A stretch of DNA of 64,000 nt from Tubiluchus corallicola (GCA_030141605.1 JAQGDQ010000488.1:103602-167601); one strand, 5' to 3'; shown: positions 1 to 13,240, counted from the first letter of the stretch. The notes: generated from the sequence alone by a model not told the origin. A program made the numbers and translations.

Positions 1-180
1 TAGACTAACACTTTCAGGGTGGTTGACTTTGGTAACTTTTAGTTTTTCGCCACCCTTTCACCAATCGCTTGAATATCATAAACTCGGATAATTTATTCAT
101 TTATTAATCTTTTCACTTTGAATCATATTATCATTTCATGCTCTGTGTTTTTTTTTTGTAAAAAAGGTGAAAAATAAAGA

Positions 181-303
181 TACTTACTTACTTACTTACC
201 TACCTACCTACCTACCTACCCACCTACCTACCTACCTACCTACCTACCTACCTACCTACCTACCTACCTACCTACCTACCTACCAACCTACTTACTTACT
301 ACT
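181..303. repeat. (TACT)n/(TACC)n tetranucleotide microsatellite
   Basis: Directly visible tandem tactt/tacc units. Confidence 0.95.
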
Positions 304-546
304 TGTACGCTTCAAATTACCATGGCTGATGCAATAGAATAATATAATAATGCTTCATTTCTTGTTTATTTGATTGACTGATTTTGATTGTGTTTGTTAG
401 GTTTTTTCATTTGTTTCTCTTGATCGTACGGTATACCTAATTATTTTCGAGTTTTTTTATAATTGCTGGTGCGTACTTGTCTAAGTTCGATATTTTATAC
501 GGTAGGTCTGCCTGCCTATATAAACTGGTTGTATGTTTGTAAAAAT

Positions 547-946
547 TTGTTTATGAAAACCAATGTAAAAATTGGTCCTTGAAATGCGATAGCTAAAGCA
601 GTTATGCTAAGTGCGAGCACATGTCTTTAGGTTGTACTGAAGTATATCGCTAAGCAGCGGCCGACCAGCTAAGTGGCACATGGCAATTGTTAGGTTATGT
701 AGTTTGTACTAGAGAGAAAAGAATTATTTAATAAATGTGAAAAAGGAAAAGTTAGGTAGGTCAGTAAGAACAGGATAGCGCTAAAAAAACAGTTTGGAGA
801 AAGAGGGTCATGGGAGCAGGTTCACACATCATAGTTTTAGTTTTTTGAGAGGTGATTATATTTTCATTTTTGCAGGAGTGTAATTAATAATTATAAAATA
901 GTTTGTGTTAATGGAGAGAAATTTTGCATACGTATAGTTATAATAT
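547..946 (-). mobile_element. Interspersed repeat, copy 1 (probable decayed CR1/L2-type LINE fragment)
   Basis: Aligns along ~400 bp with 16288-16686 in the same orientation. Minus strand reads ...ALAIAFQGPIF..., resembling the CR1/L2 ORF2 C-terminal motif. Confidence 0.6.
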
Positions 947-1726
947 CTTGCAAGGAATATGTTATGAAAGGAGTAAGGAATACAAAACGACAAATACAAA
1001 TACAGGTTTTTTGGAGTCCTCAGAAGGAGACTTGAGAGTCGAATGATGATGACAGCAGTAGCTCTGTAGAAACGTTTGACATAATTTTTTAACTATGTAA
1101 ATTAAAATTTTTACTGAAGTTGTGGTGCTTTAACTATAAAAGAAAAAAAGTTTCTTTTGAAAGTTTAGAAAACAATGACAAAACACTGCTGGTTTCGAAC
1201 CCGAAACTATTTTTTAATAAAGCTCTGTAGGCGTATATAAATCCAGCAGTAAAGTATATTTGAATTTCATAACTTAATTTTTTTAAAAGACAAAACGCTA
1301 ACTGCAAATTCGTCCAAGCTCAGATCAATGCAAATTAAACTTTTACTGCATACGCTGAATAGCTTGTATCGTTTTTTCTTAGAGATTTAACATACGCTTT
1401 GACACTGTATGACTAGAATAACCAGAATTTTATTGCAAATTTTTCTGTATTCACTACCGGGTCACATTTTAGTTTCATAAAATAAACTCCGTTATCGTGT
1501 TTTGCTTGGGGCCTTTCAATTTTGATCCTTTTATAATCAACATTGTATCCATACACAGATTATCAACTTTTATGCTATTCTGAGAGGGAATAGGTTTTAG
1601 GGCAGTGAGCCCTGACGGATCGGTCGTAATTCCTTTTACCATTGTCCAGATGATCACAACGGTAACCAGTATAAGGCTAGACAAATTAAGACTCTTAAAA
1701 CTTAAGGCTGTTAACAGCATTGTATA

Positions 1727-2180
1727 GCCTCATCATTAACGTGTACAAATTTATGTAAACATGGCTTTTTGGGAGTGGTCTTACAAATGGGCTATAGGAA
1801 GTGTCGTAGGAAGTCCACCAGGTGTTGATGGTGGGATAAAAATGGCACGGTAAAAATGGCGCAAATGGAAAAGTAGGTAAAATGGCTCAGGAGAAAATTG
1901 CACAGGAAAAAATGGCACAAGTGGATAAGCAGGCAAAAACGGTACAGGAAAAAATGGCACAAGTGGGTAAGTAGGCAAAAACGGTACAGGAAAAAATGGC
2001 ACAAGTGGGTAAGTAGGCAAAAATGACACAGGAAAAATGGCATTTACCTTGCCATTTTTACCGTGCACCCTCCCTACCATCAACACCTGGTGGACTTCCT
2101 ACGACACTTCCTATGGCCCATTTGTAAGAGCACTCCCAAAAACAATGTTTACATAAATTTGTGCATATTAACGATGAGGC
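1727..2180. mobile_element. MITE with ~110-bp TIRs, TA flanks and internal ~41-bp tandem repeats
   Basis: 1727-1835 (gcctcatcattaac...ccaggtgttgatggt) is the inverted copy of 2072-2180. TA at 1725-26 and 2181-82. Three internal aggaaaaaatggcacaagtgg units. Confidence 0.85.
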
Positions 2181-2844
2181 TAAAAATTCAGCACGCTATT
2201 GTTAAAATAGAAATTTATCACAAAAAAGGATTCTGTTCAATTATCAATGAATTCAGCCCTGTACATAATCGATTTTTACATACATGATAATGTTCTATAA
2301 CTTAGTACCGTACAAGTGATACAGAAGCAATTATAACTGTTTATTCTGTTACGTTACATGACCTTAGCAAAGCCTGTCAACAAATGACATCAATACGAAC
2401 AAGTTCTTTACCGATTTCCTTGCACCTGAGCTTCGTGTTCGTGTTTTTCCTGCAAAAGGTAAATATAATTATTATGCATTGGGAGACACTGAGCTTTTCA
2501 CTACTGCATAGCTTGTGAACACAAAGGATTCGATTAGCAATGTCTATGCAGATTTTTAACAAACTCATTCAAAACAGCTATTGCTACTTTGGCGAAATCC
2601 TGCGTTTTTTAAATTTTTGGATAGAGTTATCTAACTTGTCTTGTAAATCTGTAAGTATATATGGAACACCTTCTTTTTTCGTGAAGATTCCTCGCGGAAT
2701 TTACATTAAAATTTACCACTTAATTACTTCTTTCTTGTTTAGCGAATAACGATAATTAACGTATTTCTGTAAACATTTATAAAATTTTAAAATGTCTTTT
2801 TTGATAGGAACGATTTTTTTGTTACGTTAACGCGACAGTAGCGG

Positions 2845-2980
2845 GAGTTTAAACTTATAAATTTCGCACAGCGTTATTGCTAACGCAAGCCGTGTATGCA
2901 ATAAGACACTATGCAAGTGATACAAAATTTAAAAGGAATTTTAAAGCTTTATTTATGAATTTTGTTTTCTTGTGCTTTAC
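2845..2980 (+). mobile_element. Partial copy of the TTAA-type repeat family B end
   Basis: cgggagtttaaa...cagcgttattgctaac...ttttcttgtgcttta matches 25423-25552 and the reverse complement of 40683-40800. Confidence 0.6.
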
Positions 2981-3203
2981 GGAAATGCGTCCGATGGTAC
3001 ACTGTATGATTAAACTGGTTTACGATTGTAGTTAAACTATTTTCACAGGGGGAACAGGCAATGGGGGCGGGGGTAATTGTTTTTTGTCAAATGAGGAACG
3101 ATTTTAGTCTCTTACGAAGAAATGAAAAACGTTAATGCTGATTAGATTAAAAGCTCGGTAAGTTAGCAACCTACAAAATAGAACGTACCATGTAAAAAGG
3201 TCT

Positions 3204-3600
3204 ACATAGACACAGACATAGACATAGAACATTTATTTTCTCCAATTAGTTTAACATCAAAAGTTTTTTAAATATTAAGTAATTATAATCATGGAGCAGG
3301 GCAGAGAAGGACCACAGGGTCATCTAGTCCCTGCCCTTTCTTGTAAATAGATTAGTATATTAAAAATAAATGGTGAGGCTGCAGATAACAAAAACAAAAA
3401 CAAATAAGAAAAAATAATAATAATAAAAATAATATAAATGATACAAATTATCAAAAAAGAAGTGAAAACAAAAAATAATAAAGTTAGATACCTAAATCTA
3501 AACAAAACAATACAATTATTCAGTAATTAGGATTATTATATGTAGTAGTTTCAAATGCGGTCTTATTAACAGGGGAATTTGACCAAGGTTAGTGAGTAAA
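3204..3600 (-). mobile_element. Possible LINE 3' end (UTR hairpin and short-repeat tail)
   Basis: Minus strand has aataaa followed by a (TCTATG)n tail at 3204-3240, and an agggcag...ctgccct hairpin at 3298-3336. Left and internal limits are uncertain. Confidence 0.35.
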
Positions 3601-4247
3601 GTTAAAAAACTGAGAGTATGGAGAGATAAAATAAGTATCAAAAAGTGTAATATAGAAAAATTTAAGAGAAAAAGTAAGTATGAAAAAGTTACTCGCATTG
3701 AGAAATCTGTCAGAATTCTACGGATGAAGACTTCTTGCCTTTTTTAGAAAATAAGTCACGCGCTAAACGATTATTGTCGATCTGCCGCATAGATAAGATC
3801 AATTCGCTTATTATTAGCTAATGTGAAATTCCGGGGATTCGTCACGCTTTTGATGGTTTTCTGTTGTCAACAATACAGCTTGATGGAAGGCGAAAATGCA
3901 ACGTGTTTTTCGTGCGTTTCATAAAACCGTCAAAAAATCGGCTGTGCCACAATGTCGGCGTTCTAAATGGCCATTCCACAAAATAAAAGCTACGGCAGCA
4001 CAAACACGAATTAGCAATGAAATAGCAGCAAACTAAACCCGTAAAAAGATTATTATAAAAAAGTTGAATGCGCAATACATTTTGCCTGCCAGTCGTCTTC
4101 TCCTTGTTTGTAAATCACTTTTGTCTTGTTTGTTGGTGCACCAAGCACCAGGTAAACCCCTTGCATTAAAAACTGTCAAAAGGTCGTAAGATGTGTGTTA
4201 TAAGCGCGAAAACGTTTACATTTAGAAAATTTAATTTATAACGTTAA

Positions 4248-4735
4248 AGGAAAACCGTATGATTGTGTAAATATTAGTTCAGAATAAAGAATGCTCTAAA
4301 ATATTGAAAAGCACAATGTATTTTTTAAATCAAAGCTTAGATTAAATAATGATTACCTCGGATACGCAAAATTTGTTAAACTTTCAAAGCTACGCGCGGC
4401 TCAGTGAATCTACTAAGATTGGCAGCGGCGCCTTTTTGTCACATTCATGTGGCCGAGAAATAGAAGGCGGTACATTGATAACTGTGGTCATGAATTGCAG
4501 TGTTAGTTTCTGACGTCATATGATGTAGAGCCCATTTTCGTGACATCACGAGTTTAAACAGTAACACATACGCAAGCGTGCTTGACGTGGAAGGGAAGAT
4601 GCCTGCCATTGCACAAACTGCGGTTAGTTTTTGACATAAGCAATAGCTGTGTTCGGCTACCGTTAATTAACTTTCTAAGCTAATTATTGAAATATAAGAA
4701 ACAATTGCCAGTCTAAACAGTCATCCGGTTTTCCT
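4248..4735. mobile_element. TTAA-flanked Kolobok-like non-autonomous DNA transposon
   Basis: TTAA|aggaaaaccgtatgattgt ... acagtcatccggttttcct|TTAA: imperfect ~20-bp TIRs with an RR start and TTAA TSD. Confidence 0.8.
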
Positions 4736-5101
4736 TTAAGTATATCAACATTTGGTGCTTCCAATTTTGTCAGCCGTTACAGTTGAATGAATTCCCTGCC
4801 TCTGTAAGAATAAGGACAGAGACGAAGCAGACAAACTCATGTTTGCTCCATCATTGCAACCTGAACCTCGAGGATTTTATCACGTTATAAGGCAACATCA
4901 ATAGTTCACATTTCGGCAGAAATAAAATTGCCACATTAGCCATCGAAAGCTTTATAGTTTTATTACGACATGGCACCAACCAAGTTCTACGTTTCGGGAT
5001 TTGCTTATCATCAGCAAAACTATAAATCCTTATAAACACTGATAATATAGTTAGTACTGATAAAGAAACTGCTATCTAAGACACTCAAATAGAACCGTTT
5101 A

Positions 5102-5245
5102 GAGGAAAACAAGAAGATTTTTCATATTCTACCTCATTTCGAAGTAGAGTAAAAAAAAGTATGCATTTTAACGCTCATAATAATGATAAGGTGTTTCTAA
5201 TAATTGAATAACAGGTTAAAAACTCAGTTAACGGCCGTGCGCCCA
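5102..5245 (+). mobile_element. Isolated terminus of Kolobok-like family A
   Basis: aggaaaacaagaagatttttcatattctacctcatttc... matches the reverse complement of 6000-6134 and matches 14214-14280. Confidence 0.65.
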
Positions 5246-5529
5246 ATTAATGATGACGTCACAAATGAACATAATGTTCATCAGCACAAACATTTTAAGA
5301 GTGTGTTGCTTGTGTTTGCCTGGATTATTTTTCGACTAGCAATCAATACATGTAGTATTACCATGCATTGTAGGATTTGTTAATATTAAAAATTGAATTA
5401 TGAATAAATGATTTACGAATATTTGATTTATGAATATTCAAAATTCATTTATTAATATTAAAAATTCGATGCGAATATTTTAATATTAATAAGTGCGTGA
5501 TTTGTTAAAATTCCAAAATGATTTATTAA

Positions 5530-6134
5530 AGCGAAACCGGACCCAATGTTAAACTGTAGGTCAAGACTATTCTTTAAAATATTAAAGCGAAACACTATTT
5601 TTTCACAAATGATTTATGTGAAAGAATTATTACCACACAAACACAATTTCACGTTCGCGCCACTAGTTCTGCGCTGTTACATACATTTCGCCATTCGCTA
5701 GATAGACGGACAGTAGCGCCTGCATTTCGGAAAGCGCTACACAAAAAATAGGTGCTGTACCTCTGAGTTCAGATGTGTTAGTTTGTGATGAACTGCACAC
5801 GTTCGACAGCTCATGTACAGTGGTAAATTGAAATTTGAATTTTTACCTTAAAACTTGCCGAGTTTTAGTACAACACACTTACTCTCTAACAGTAGCACTG
5901 TACTTCAATTTTCTGTTTCGCAAACACGTGCAACACGCTGGTGGAATATTTTTGACATTTGAAAATTATATTAGTTTCTGAAAACGTCAATAATTGAGCT
6001 CCCCGCCGGTAATTAAGTTTTTAATCTATTATTTAATTATCAGAAACGCTTTTGCAGTATGATTGGTGTTAAATTGTGTACTTTTTACTGTACTTGAAAA
6101 TGGGGTAGTATATGAAAAATCATCCTGTCTTCCT
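5530..6134 (-). mobile_element. TTAA-flanked Kolobok-like element, family A
   Basis: TTAA at 5526-29 and 6135-38. The body is a diverged reverse complement of 14214-14806. Confidence 0.8.
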
Positions 6135-6688
6135 TTAACATTAGCTAATAATTAATAAAATTCATTTATTAATATTCAAAGATAAGTCTTGAATTCTACT
6201 TTGGTGTTCTATATTTATAGAGACATTTAGACTCATAATTTTGCCTATGATGGCAATGGCATGACCAAATGCTGAAATGTACAAACTGATTGGTACAAAT
6301 CGTTACTACACCGTGCGTGATACTTTCAGTGGCTGATGTTGCTGTTTTGATTCTACTGAAATAAGATTTCCCAATGACAGAGTTAAGTCTACAAGTCACT
6401 GGTCAAGTAAATCACTTTCTTGGTCCTTTGGACAGTAAGTTAACCAGTGCGTTGACCAAATGGTCGCGTTTTGGTCGAACACTGCTCTGCCAATCAGTCG
6501 ATCAGCCAGCCATGAAGCCAGATACTATGCCAGTAAATCAGACATGCTTTTATTGCCTGTTATGCAGTAAGCTATTTAGTCAGTCAGTCATACGAATATA
6601 CTAGTACAAATTCAGCATCGACTAACTGAGTCGAATTTTCGATCCGCATTTTAAGTTCAAGATGGCTGCGATATTATAAATTTGGAAA

Positions 6689-7350
6689 AAGGCTAAAGCA
6701 CTACAAATTCGTTATGAATCGTCATGTAGCTTTAGAAGAACATACCAGAAGGTTAAAGCACTACAAATTCGTTATGAATCGTCATGTAGCTTTAAAGGAA
6801 CACACCAGAAGGTTAAAGCACTACAAATTCGTTATGAATCGTCATGTAGCTTTAGAGGAACACACCAGAAGGTTAAAGCACTACAAATTCGTTATGAATC
6901 GTCATGTAGCTTTAAAGGAACATACCAGAAGGTTAAAGCACTACAAATTCGTTATGAATCGTCATGTAGCTTTAGAGGAACACACCAGAAGGTTAAAGCA
7001 CTACAAATTCGTTATGAGTCGTCATGTAGCTTTAAAGGAACATACCAGAAGGTTAAAGCACTACAAATTCGCTATGAATCGTCATGTAGCTTTAAAGGAA
7101 CATACCAGAAGGTTAAAGCACTACAAATTCGTTGTGAATCGTCGTGTAGCTTTAAAGGAACATACCAGAAGGTTAAAACACTACAAATTCGTTATGAATC
7201 GTCATGTAGCTTAAAAGGAACATACCAGAAGGTTAAAACACTACAAATTCGTTATGAATCGTCATGTAGCTTTAGAGGAACACACCAGAAGGTTAAAGCA
7301 CTACAAATTCGTTATGAATAGTCATGTAGCTTAAAAGGAACATACCAGAA
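6689..7350. repeat. 60-bp minisatellite, ~11 copies
   Basis: Unit aaggttaaagcactacaaattcgttatgaatcgtcatgtagctttaRaggaacaYaccag recurs in register on successive 60-nt lines. Confidence 0.97.
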
Positions 7351-7823
7351 CGACTTGCACATCGACTGACGGAGGGACGATTTACGATTCCCTATTATGG
7401 ATTCAAGACGGCGGCAAAAAACATTATTTTAGAGAAAAGCAGAAAGCTCAGAGCAAAGAAAGCGTGCAAGCATAAGTCAGTCTGTCTGTTCCTTATTTGG
7501 CCTTGAATAGTAAAGAATTGTCTCGATAAATCTGTCAGTTTTTCTGTGCCCGTCTTGCATCTCAGCTTAACCTATAATTTATTTCCTCGAAAATTTCCTC
7601 GAAACTCCATTCATTGTCTATCTCCTGAGACATTCAGCTTAACTGTACTGACATCTGCTTGATGTTTCTACGACTACGCAATATACGATATATAGTTATA
7701 TTTATATCCCTGTGTTCAGTACTAAATAAACGTGACCTTGTCCAATAATCATGTTATTAAGATTCTGCTTAGTATTCTTGATTTACCTGCGGTTATTAAT
7801 ATTATTTATTTATTGTTACTATA

Positions 7824-8489
7824 GGTTTTACATGCCAAAAATAGACCTGCGTTAACTCAAATGTAGATTTAGGTAATTCAAATGTGTCTTGGTAACTCAA
7901 ATGTAGACTTAGGTAGTTCAAATGTGTTAACAATGGTTTTCAAGAAATCGTTTTTGGTAAGTCAAATGTCGACACATGTCAAGTCAAATGTGACATTGGT
8001 ATTTCAAATGTGGATAGGTGGTAAAGTTTAAGGATGTTAAATTTAATCTCCTTTAATCTTAATTTAATAATTGCTGTGAAAATAATAACTTTATAGGTTT
8101 ACTAATAGTTCACTAATATTCTGTAAACTTTACATACCATTGGAACTGTTAAAGAAAATAATACATTCTTAAAACAAACAATGTTTCTTGAGAGAAACTA
8201 ATTCATTAATGCAGTGCTAATGTATTACTTGAAAAACTAATTGGTGATTCACTGTTCTTTGGGAAGGGATAAACAACACATTTTTCAAAGTTATGAACGA
8301 GGTGATGACTATCTTTGGTTTATCTACAGTTGACTTACATAAGTCACATTTGAGTTACCAAAACACATTCGAATTTCCTCTGTCTACATTTGACTTACCT
8401 AAGTCACATTTGAACTTTCCTGTGTCTACATTTGACTTACCTAAGTCACATTTGAACTTTTCCTGTGTCTACATTTGACGTGTAAAACC
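7824..8489 (-). mobile_element. GGTTTTAC-terminal MITE family, copy 1 (long subtype)
   Basis: TIR ggttttaca..caaa..tagac / gtctacatttgacgtgtaaaacc, tata on both flanks, many internal tcaaatgt/acatttga sub-repeats. Confidence 0.9.
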
Positions 8490-9697
8490 TATACTACGCA
8501 ATATATAGATATATAGTTATATTTATAGCGACGACCATATATAGATTTTCAGCAATAGAAGCAAGCCTTACGCAAAATTAAAAAAAGTTGGACAATACTT
8601 TTTTATGTGGATTATTATGTGAACATGGTCATAACTGGTCGTAACGTTCGACATGTTTGTGTCGAAATAAAATGTCGTGTCTTTGTTTAAAATGGTTGCT
8701 GGCTGTTATTCTCATTTTATTGACTTGTGTTCCCATCACAAATCAGTTTCTTAAAAGTTTCATATGTTAGAACAATGTGTGAAATCGGCCATTCTATAGA
8801 ATGTCTAGGCATTTTATAGAGTGCCAAAATAAACCAGGTAAAGTGTCTAAAATAGTTCCTTCTACACTTTTCACATTGCCACTGAACATTACACTGAACT
8901 TGTATACTCTTTAGTGTATTAGCAGCTGCATGACAATACGATACAACGTCTTGAGCCAGTGAAGTCAACGCTTTGGTTTCCTAGAGTTAAAGCAAAAGCC
9001 AAGTTGCTTGGGAAATTGAGTTTATTGTAATATTTGGGGAAAATGCTAGAAAGTTTTATCAATGAAACTGTGACCACCTTCTCGCGCTATTAGCAAAATC
9101 AGTTTACAGACGCGATCTGTGGTGATGGAGGTAGGGGATGGTGGGTGGAGTTGAAGCTTGGCGCGCTCTTTTTGAACGAAAAATGGCGTCATCAAAATGG
9201 CGTCATGCAATATAAACACTTATTCCGGCAGGCGCTTGAGTGAACTTATTTTGCAGCTACACTTACAATTATCAACTATAAACGATCCAAAACGTTGAGC
9301 AAGAGAACATGAATTCTATTTTTTGCTTTTGATGAACCTCACTGCCCATTATGTAATGAAAACCAGTTACCAACTGTAACATAATAATCTCAAAGTACAT
9401 AGGTTGTTTAAATCAGACAAAGTAACAGAATAATTATGTTAACAAGCTGAATCTGGACGCTAGGTAAATAAACAGCCCGGCACCTACTGCATGAATGAAA
9501 GCTTGTAAAATTCCATGCTTATATGTCACGTGTACTACTTACGTAGTTTAGGGTATAATCATGTGGATTAAAGCCGTATAAGCACATTAAGGTTACTGCA
9601 AAATGATCCGAGGAGTAATTTTCACGTAAACCAAGTTATACAAGAAAAGTTAGACAGGTATAATATTGAGGAATTTCTGAGAGAACTGCAGAATCTT

Positions 9698-10093
9698 TGT
9701 TACGTGGTGTGGAAGTTGGAATTGTACATTGTAATTAGGTGCTTCCATCTATGTGCTAATCTTGTTACATTCTACCAGCTGACTTACCTTCAGTATAATT
9801 GTATGGTCCAGTGACTACATATACACTGGTCCTCTCCCTATCTAACATTAATGGTTGTTGTGAAGCCTGTGCAATTCTGCATAGGTCAAGTTCTATACAT
9901 GTATACTGGCTGTGAAACAGGTTTTACTGACTGTTTTTGCTTTCTAGTTTTTGCTCAATGTTCAGTGCAGCAGTTTTGCTACTCATGTTTTCTGTAGTTT
10001 AATAAACACTTTTCTGCTGTGTGCAGTGCAAATATTTATTATAGATTTTTGGTTCCTATTCATACTTCTCTGTGCCTAAACTCAATCATAACA
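9698..10093 (+). mobile_element. Possible solo LTR
   Basis: TGTTA...TAACA termini and internal aataaa at ~10002. No matching TSD found. Confidence 0.3.
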
Positions 10094-10860
10094 AAATGAC
10101 TGAACAACAACTTCAATAATGACTTTCACACGCCTTCGTGCTGTCCACCACCTTACGTCATTTTTTTCAAATACGCCCACAGCAAAATTCATTTAACGGC
10201 TGATAAGAATGATTAATATTTCTTTAGCAGTTTAAGCAAGACATTTTACCTGCATATATTACGTGGTAATTTCAATATTTGTAAGTGTCTTTTAAAATAC
10301 AATGAATGTGGTACGTAAGTTGGTTTTCAGTAGAGTTCGCTCCACGAATGCTCAGCTATTTTTCCTCGTGACACTAGGTCCGCCAAACTGTTTGCATAAA
10401 ATTCTCCCCTGTAATTTACAAGACTTCTTTCCCAGCTTCCGAACAAAAGGAAAAATTACCGCCCCCGTTCAATATGTAACTTAATACATTTGACATTAGT
10501 GTGCCCAGCATTTACAACAGGATTTATTCTCTTTTCAATGCTCGGTCTCTCTGTGTAATTGTTTTCGAATTGTCGCAATATATACGACGGTTCATAATTG
10601 TTGGGTGGTTGTAGACTGCAAGCCTGGAGAGAAAATTTTATTGCTGACTTGATGAGTGATCTTTCGTGGGAGTTGAACTTGGAATTATCCAGTTGCCACA
10701 GTTGATGAATTGTGAATGACATTTTAGACAATTTGTTCATGTGTAGTCCATTTGTAATTATTATGATTACTCAACAATCACAGCCGACATTAACTTCTGT
10801 GGCTGCCTGCCATAAACACAGTTGATGCAGGAGATTTCTCTTTTCGTAACATGAATGAAT

Positions 10861-10896
<36 letters not shown>

Positions 10897-11620
10897 AGAT
10901 TCGAGGCTACAGCTCCGACGACGGCACCATTTGCGGTGATATATATATCAAACAAAAGGTCTCGATCTAGTGTCGTCTCATTGGGGGTTTATTTTTCGAA
11001 TCGGGCCCACCGGGATGAACGGAGGGCGAAAAACCTCCAAAAATGGCCATTTTCGGCCGTTTTTTGCAAAAGTTATACCGCTAAGATCTGAAGAACGGGA
11101 ACGGGCCGAGGGGGGTGCTGGCTACGGATAGATAGCCCATTCAGTGGCGGGTGTAGTAGGCCTATTTAGAATTCGCGACAGGGCCACGGCGTCCCGTGAC
11201 GGACGTTTTCCCAGACCCAACTCGCGATTTTTTGAAATTTTAACCAAGCAGCATGCGGAAAAAACGTTCTAGCGACGCCTGGTGGGACTTTCGAGAGGCG
11301 ATATATAGCACTTCAGAAAGAGGAAGAACAGGGCTACACGATGATGTGGGCTATATTTTAGGACATGTCCACCAAAAGGAGTAGCGAGGAGTTAATTAGA
11401 TGTTCTATTTTTGACAATTTTAGCTTGTAAAACTGCTGACGCAAAGCCGTTGTTCTGACGTCACCCATTATACTCTGTCTATAAGCTTATAACTTTAATT
11501 CAGTAAAAGCTGCTGCTACTGGATTTGCGTTAAGTAAGTGAACAAACACTAGGTAGGATGTTTGCGTATTTTTGATCATACGTGTATTTATACGCAAATT
11601 TTTTGCGGGGCCTTTGCTAG
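10861..11620 (+). mobile_element. Non-autonomous Helitron
   Basis: Begins in a (TA)n run, has a GC-richer body, and ends with a 3' hairpin cgcaaa-ttt-tttgcg, then 9 nt, then CTAG|T at 11617-11621 (canonical Helitron end). Confidence 0.7.
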
Positions 11621-11894
11621 TGGAGAATTAATTATATACAAAGGATTTTAAGGCATTTTTAAGGTTAGTCACTGTCACTTCCGTCTCTTTGTGGTTTTTT
11701 CTTCCGTTGTTTCATTTTGTGTGCGTCATGTATTATGTATATGCAGCTAAATGCATTTGTAAATGTTACTAAATGTACTATTTGTACTTGATGTACATAC
11801 TAAATGTACTTTTTACACGAATAGATAATAAGTAAATAAACAACTAAATGGTACCACAATAAGTTCATCATACTGTAATAAGATGTTTTGTCAT

Positions 11895-12280
11895 CAGGGC
11901 CGGGTTATGACCTTTGTACCTCTAGGCTATTATAGTTATGAGCCCCCCCCCTCAGACGAAGCCACCCTCTAACTCGCTCCCACCCGCCTTGAATGTATTC
12001 GTGACATGTTTTAGCGACATCTATGTAGCTTGAAGTAAACTTATTGTAAATTCTTGAAATCAACTAAAATAGCTGTCTTTTGTTCATCTATAAAAATATT
12101 CTGTATAAGAATAAGAAATATAACTGTTTTACTATTCATTGCAGACCAAATTAGCCCATATTTCAACACAGTGAAGAGAAAACGCAGCCCTTTTACCAAC
12201 CGTTACCAAAGCTTGGTGGCCCTAAATTTTAAGGGCCCTAGCCTGGAGCCTATATTAGCATATAGGATAATCCGACTCTG
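11895..12280. mobile_element. hAT-like MITE with 8-bp TSD
   Basis: TIR cagggccgggttat / ataatccgactctg. Flanks tttgtcat (11887-94) and tttgtcac (12281-88). Confidence 0.8.
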
Positions 12281-12446
12281 TTTGTCACATGTAATAGGTA
12301 ACCAGTAAGGTAATAAATTACATTGATAATCGAGTAATTATATTACACAGTCGGTTTTTAAAACATTTATCTACATTTTGTTACATTGTCATTTGTAACA
12401 CTTCATGGGCTACGCGCACGGATTCCCGTCCGCTATTATCTACCCA

Positions 12447-12726
12447 ACGTTACCTCCAATCACTCCTCTGACTTCACTTATACGTTACCTCCAATCACTC
12501 CTCTGACTTCACTTATACGTTACCTCCAATCACTCCTCTGACTTCACTTATACGTTACCTCCAATCACTCCTCTGACTTCACTTATACGTTACCTCCAAT
12601 CACTCCTCTGACTTCACTTATACGTTACCTCCAATCACTCCTCTGACTTCACTTATACGTTACCTCCAATCACTCCTCTGACTTCACTTATACGTTACCT
12701 CCAACCACTCCTCTGACTTCACTTAT
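12447..12726. repeat. 35-bp minisatellite, 8 copies
   Basis: acgttacctccaatcactcctctgacttcacttat repeated almost perfectly. Confidence 0.97.
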
Positions 12727-12763
12727 GCATTAGTAAGTTCTCGTTCTAACGCTAAATGATATT

Positions 12764-13240
12764 GATTAGATTTTTAGATTAGATTTAATAGATTTATTTT
12801 GCAATAAACATATACATATACATTACATGTGCACCGATAATCAGTTTTTGTTAATACAAAAATATGATACAATTCATGAATTCTGCGCTAGAGACCTAAG
12901 AAGCTAGCTTATGGTAGGCCACTCGAATTAGTTACGAAAAAAATTACAATATATACAGATACAATATTACAATATATACAAATATAAATACGGGTGGGAA
13001 GTAATAAAAGTATTATTATACTAGAGGGGAAGTTTTTGAAAATGAAAAACAACAAATCATGATCGAGTGATCAGTTATATGTTTCAAGTAAGTTTAATTT
13101 ATAATTTTTTTTAAATATGGACAGCGAGTTGGCATTTTTAATAGCTGGAGCAATTGAATTCCATATGTAAGGGTCATTGTATTTAATAGGAAATTTTCTA
13201 ACATTTGTGTTGCATTGTATGTAGTGATAGTTGTCTATAA
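12764..13240 (-). mobile_element. 3' end of CR1/L2(Crack/Daphne)-type LINE
   Basis: Minus-strand translation DNYHYIQCNTNVRKFPIKYNDPYIWNSIAPAIKNANSLSIFKKNYKLNLLETY (13075-13236), then a UTR, aataaa and an (ATCTA)n tail. Confidence 0.8.

Noticed and set aside
10456-10740. 94-aa non-repetitive ORF (also 19172-19375, 42711-42995)
   Set aside because: No recognisable motif or splice support; length within chance expectation.
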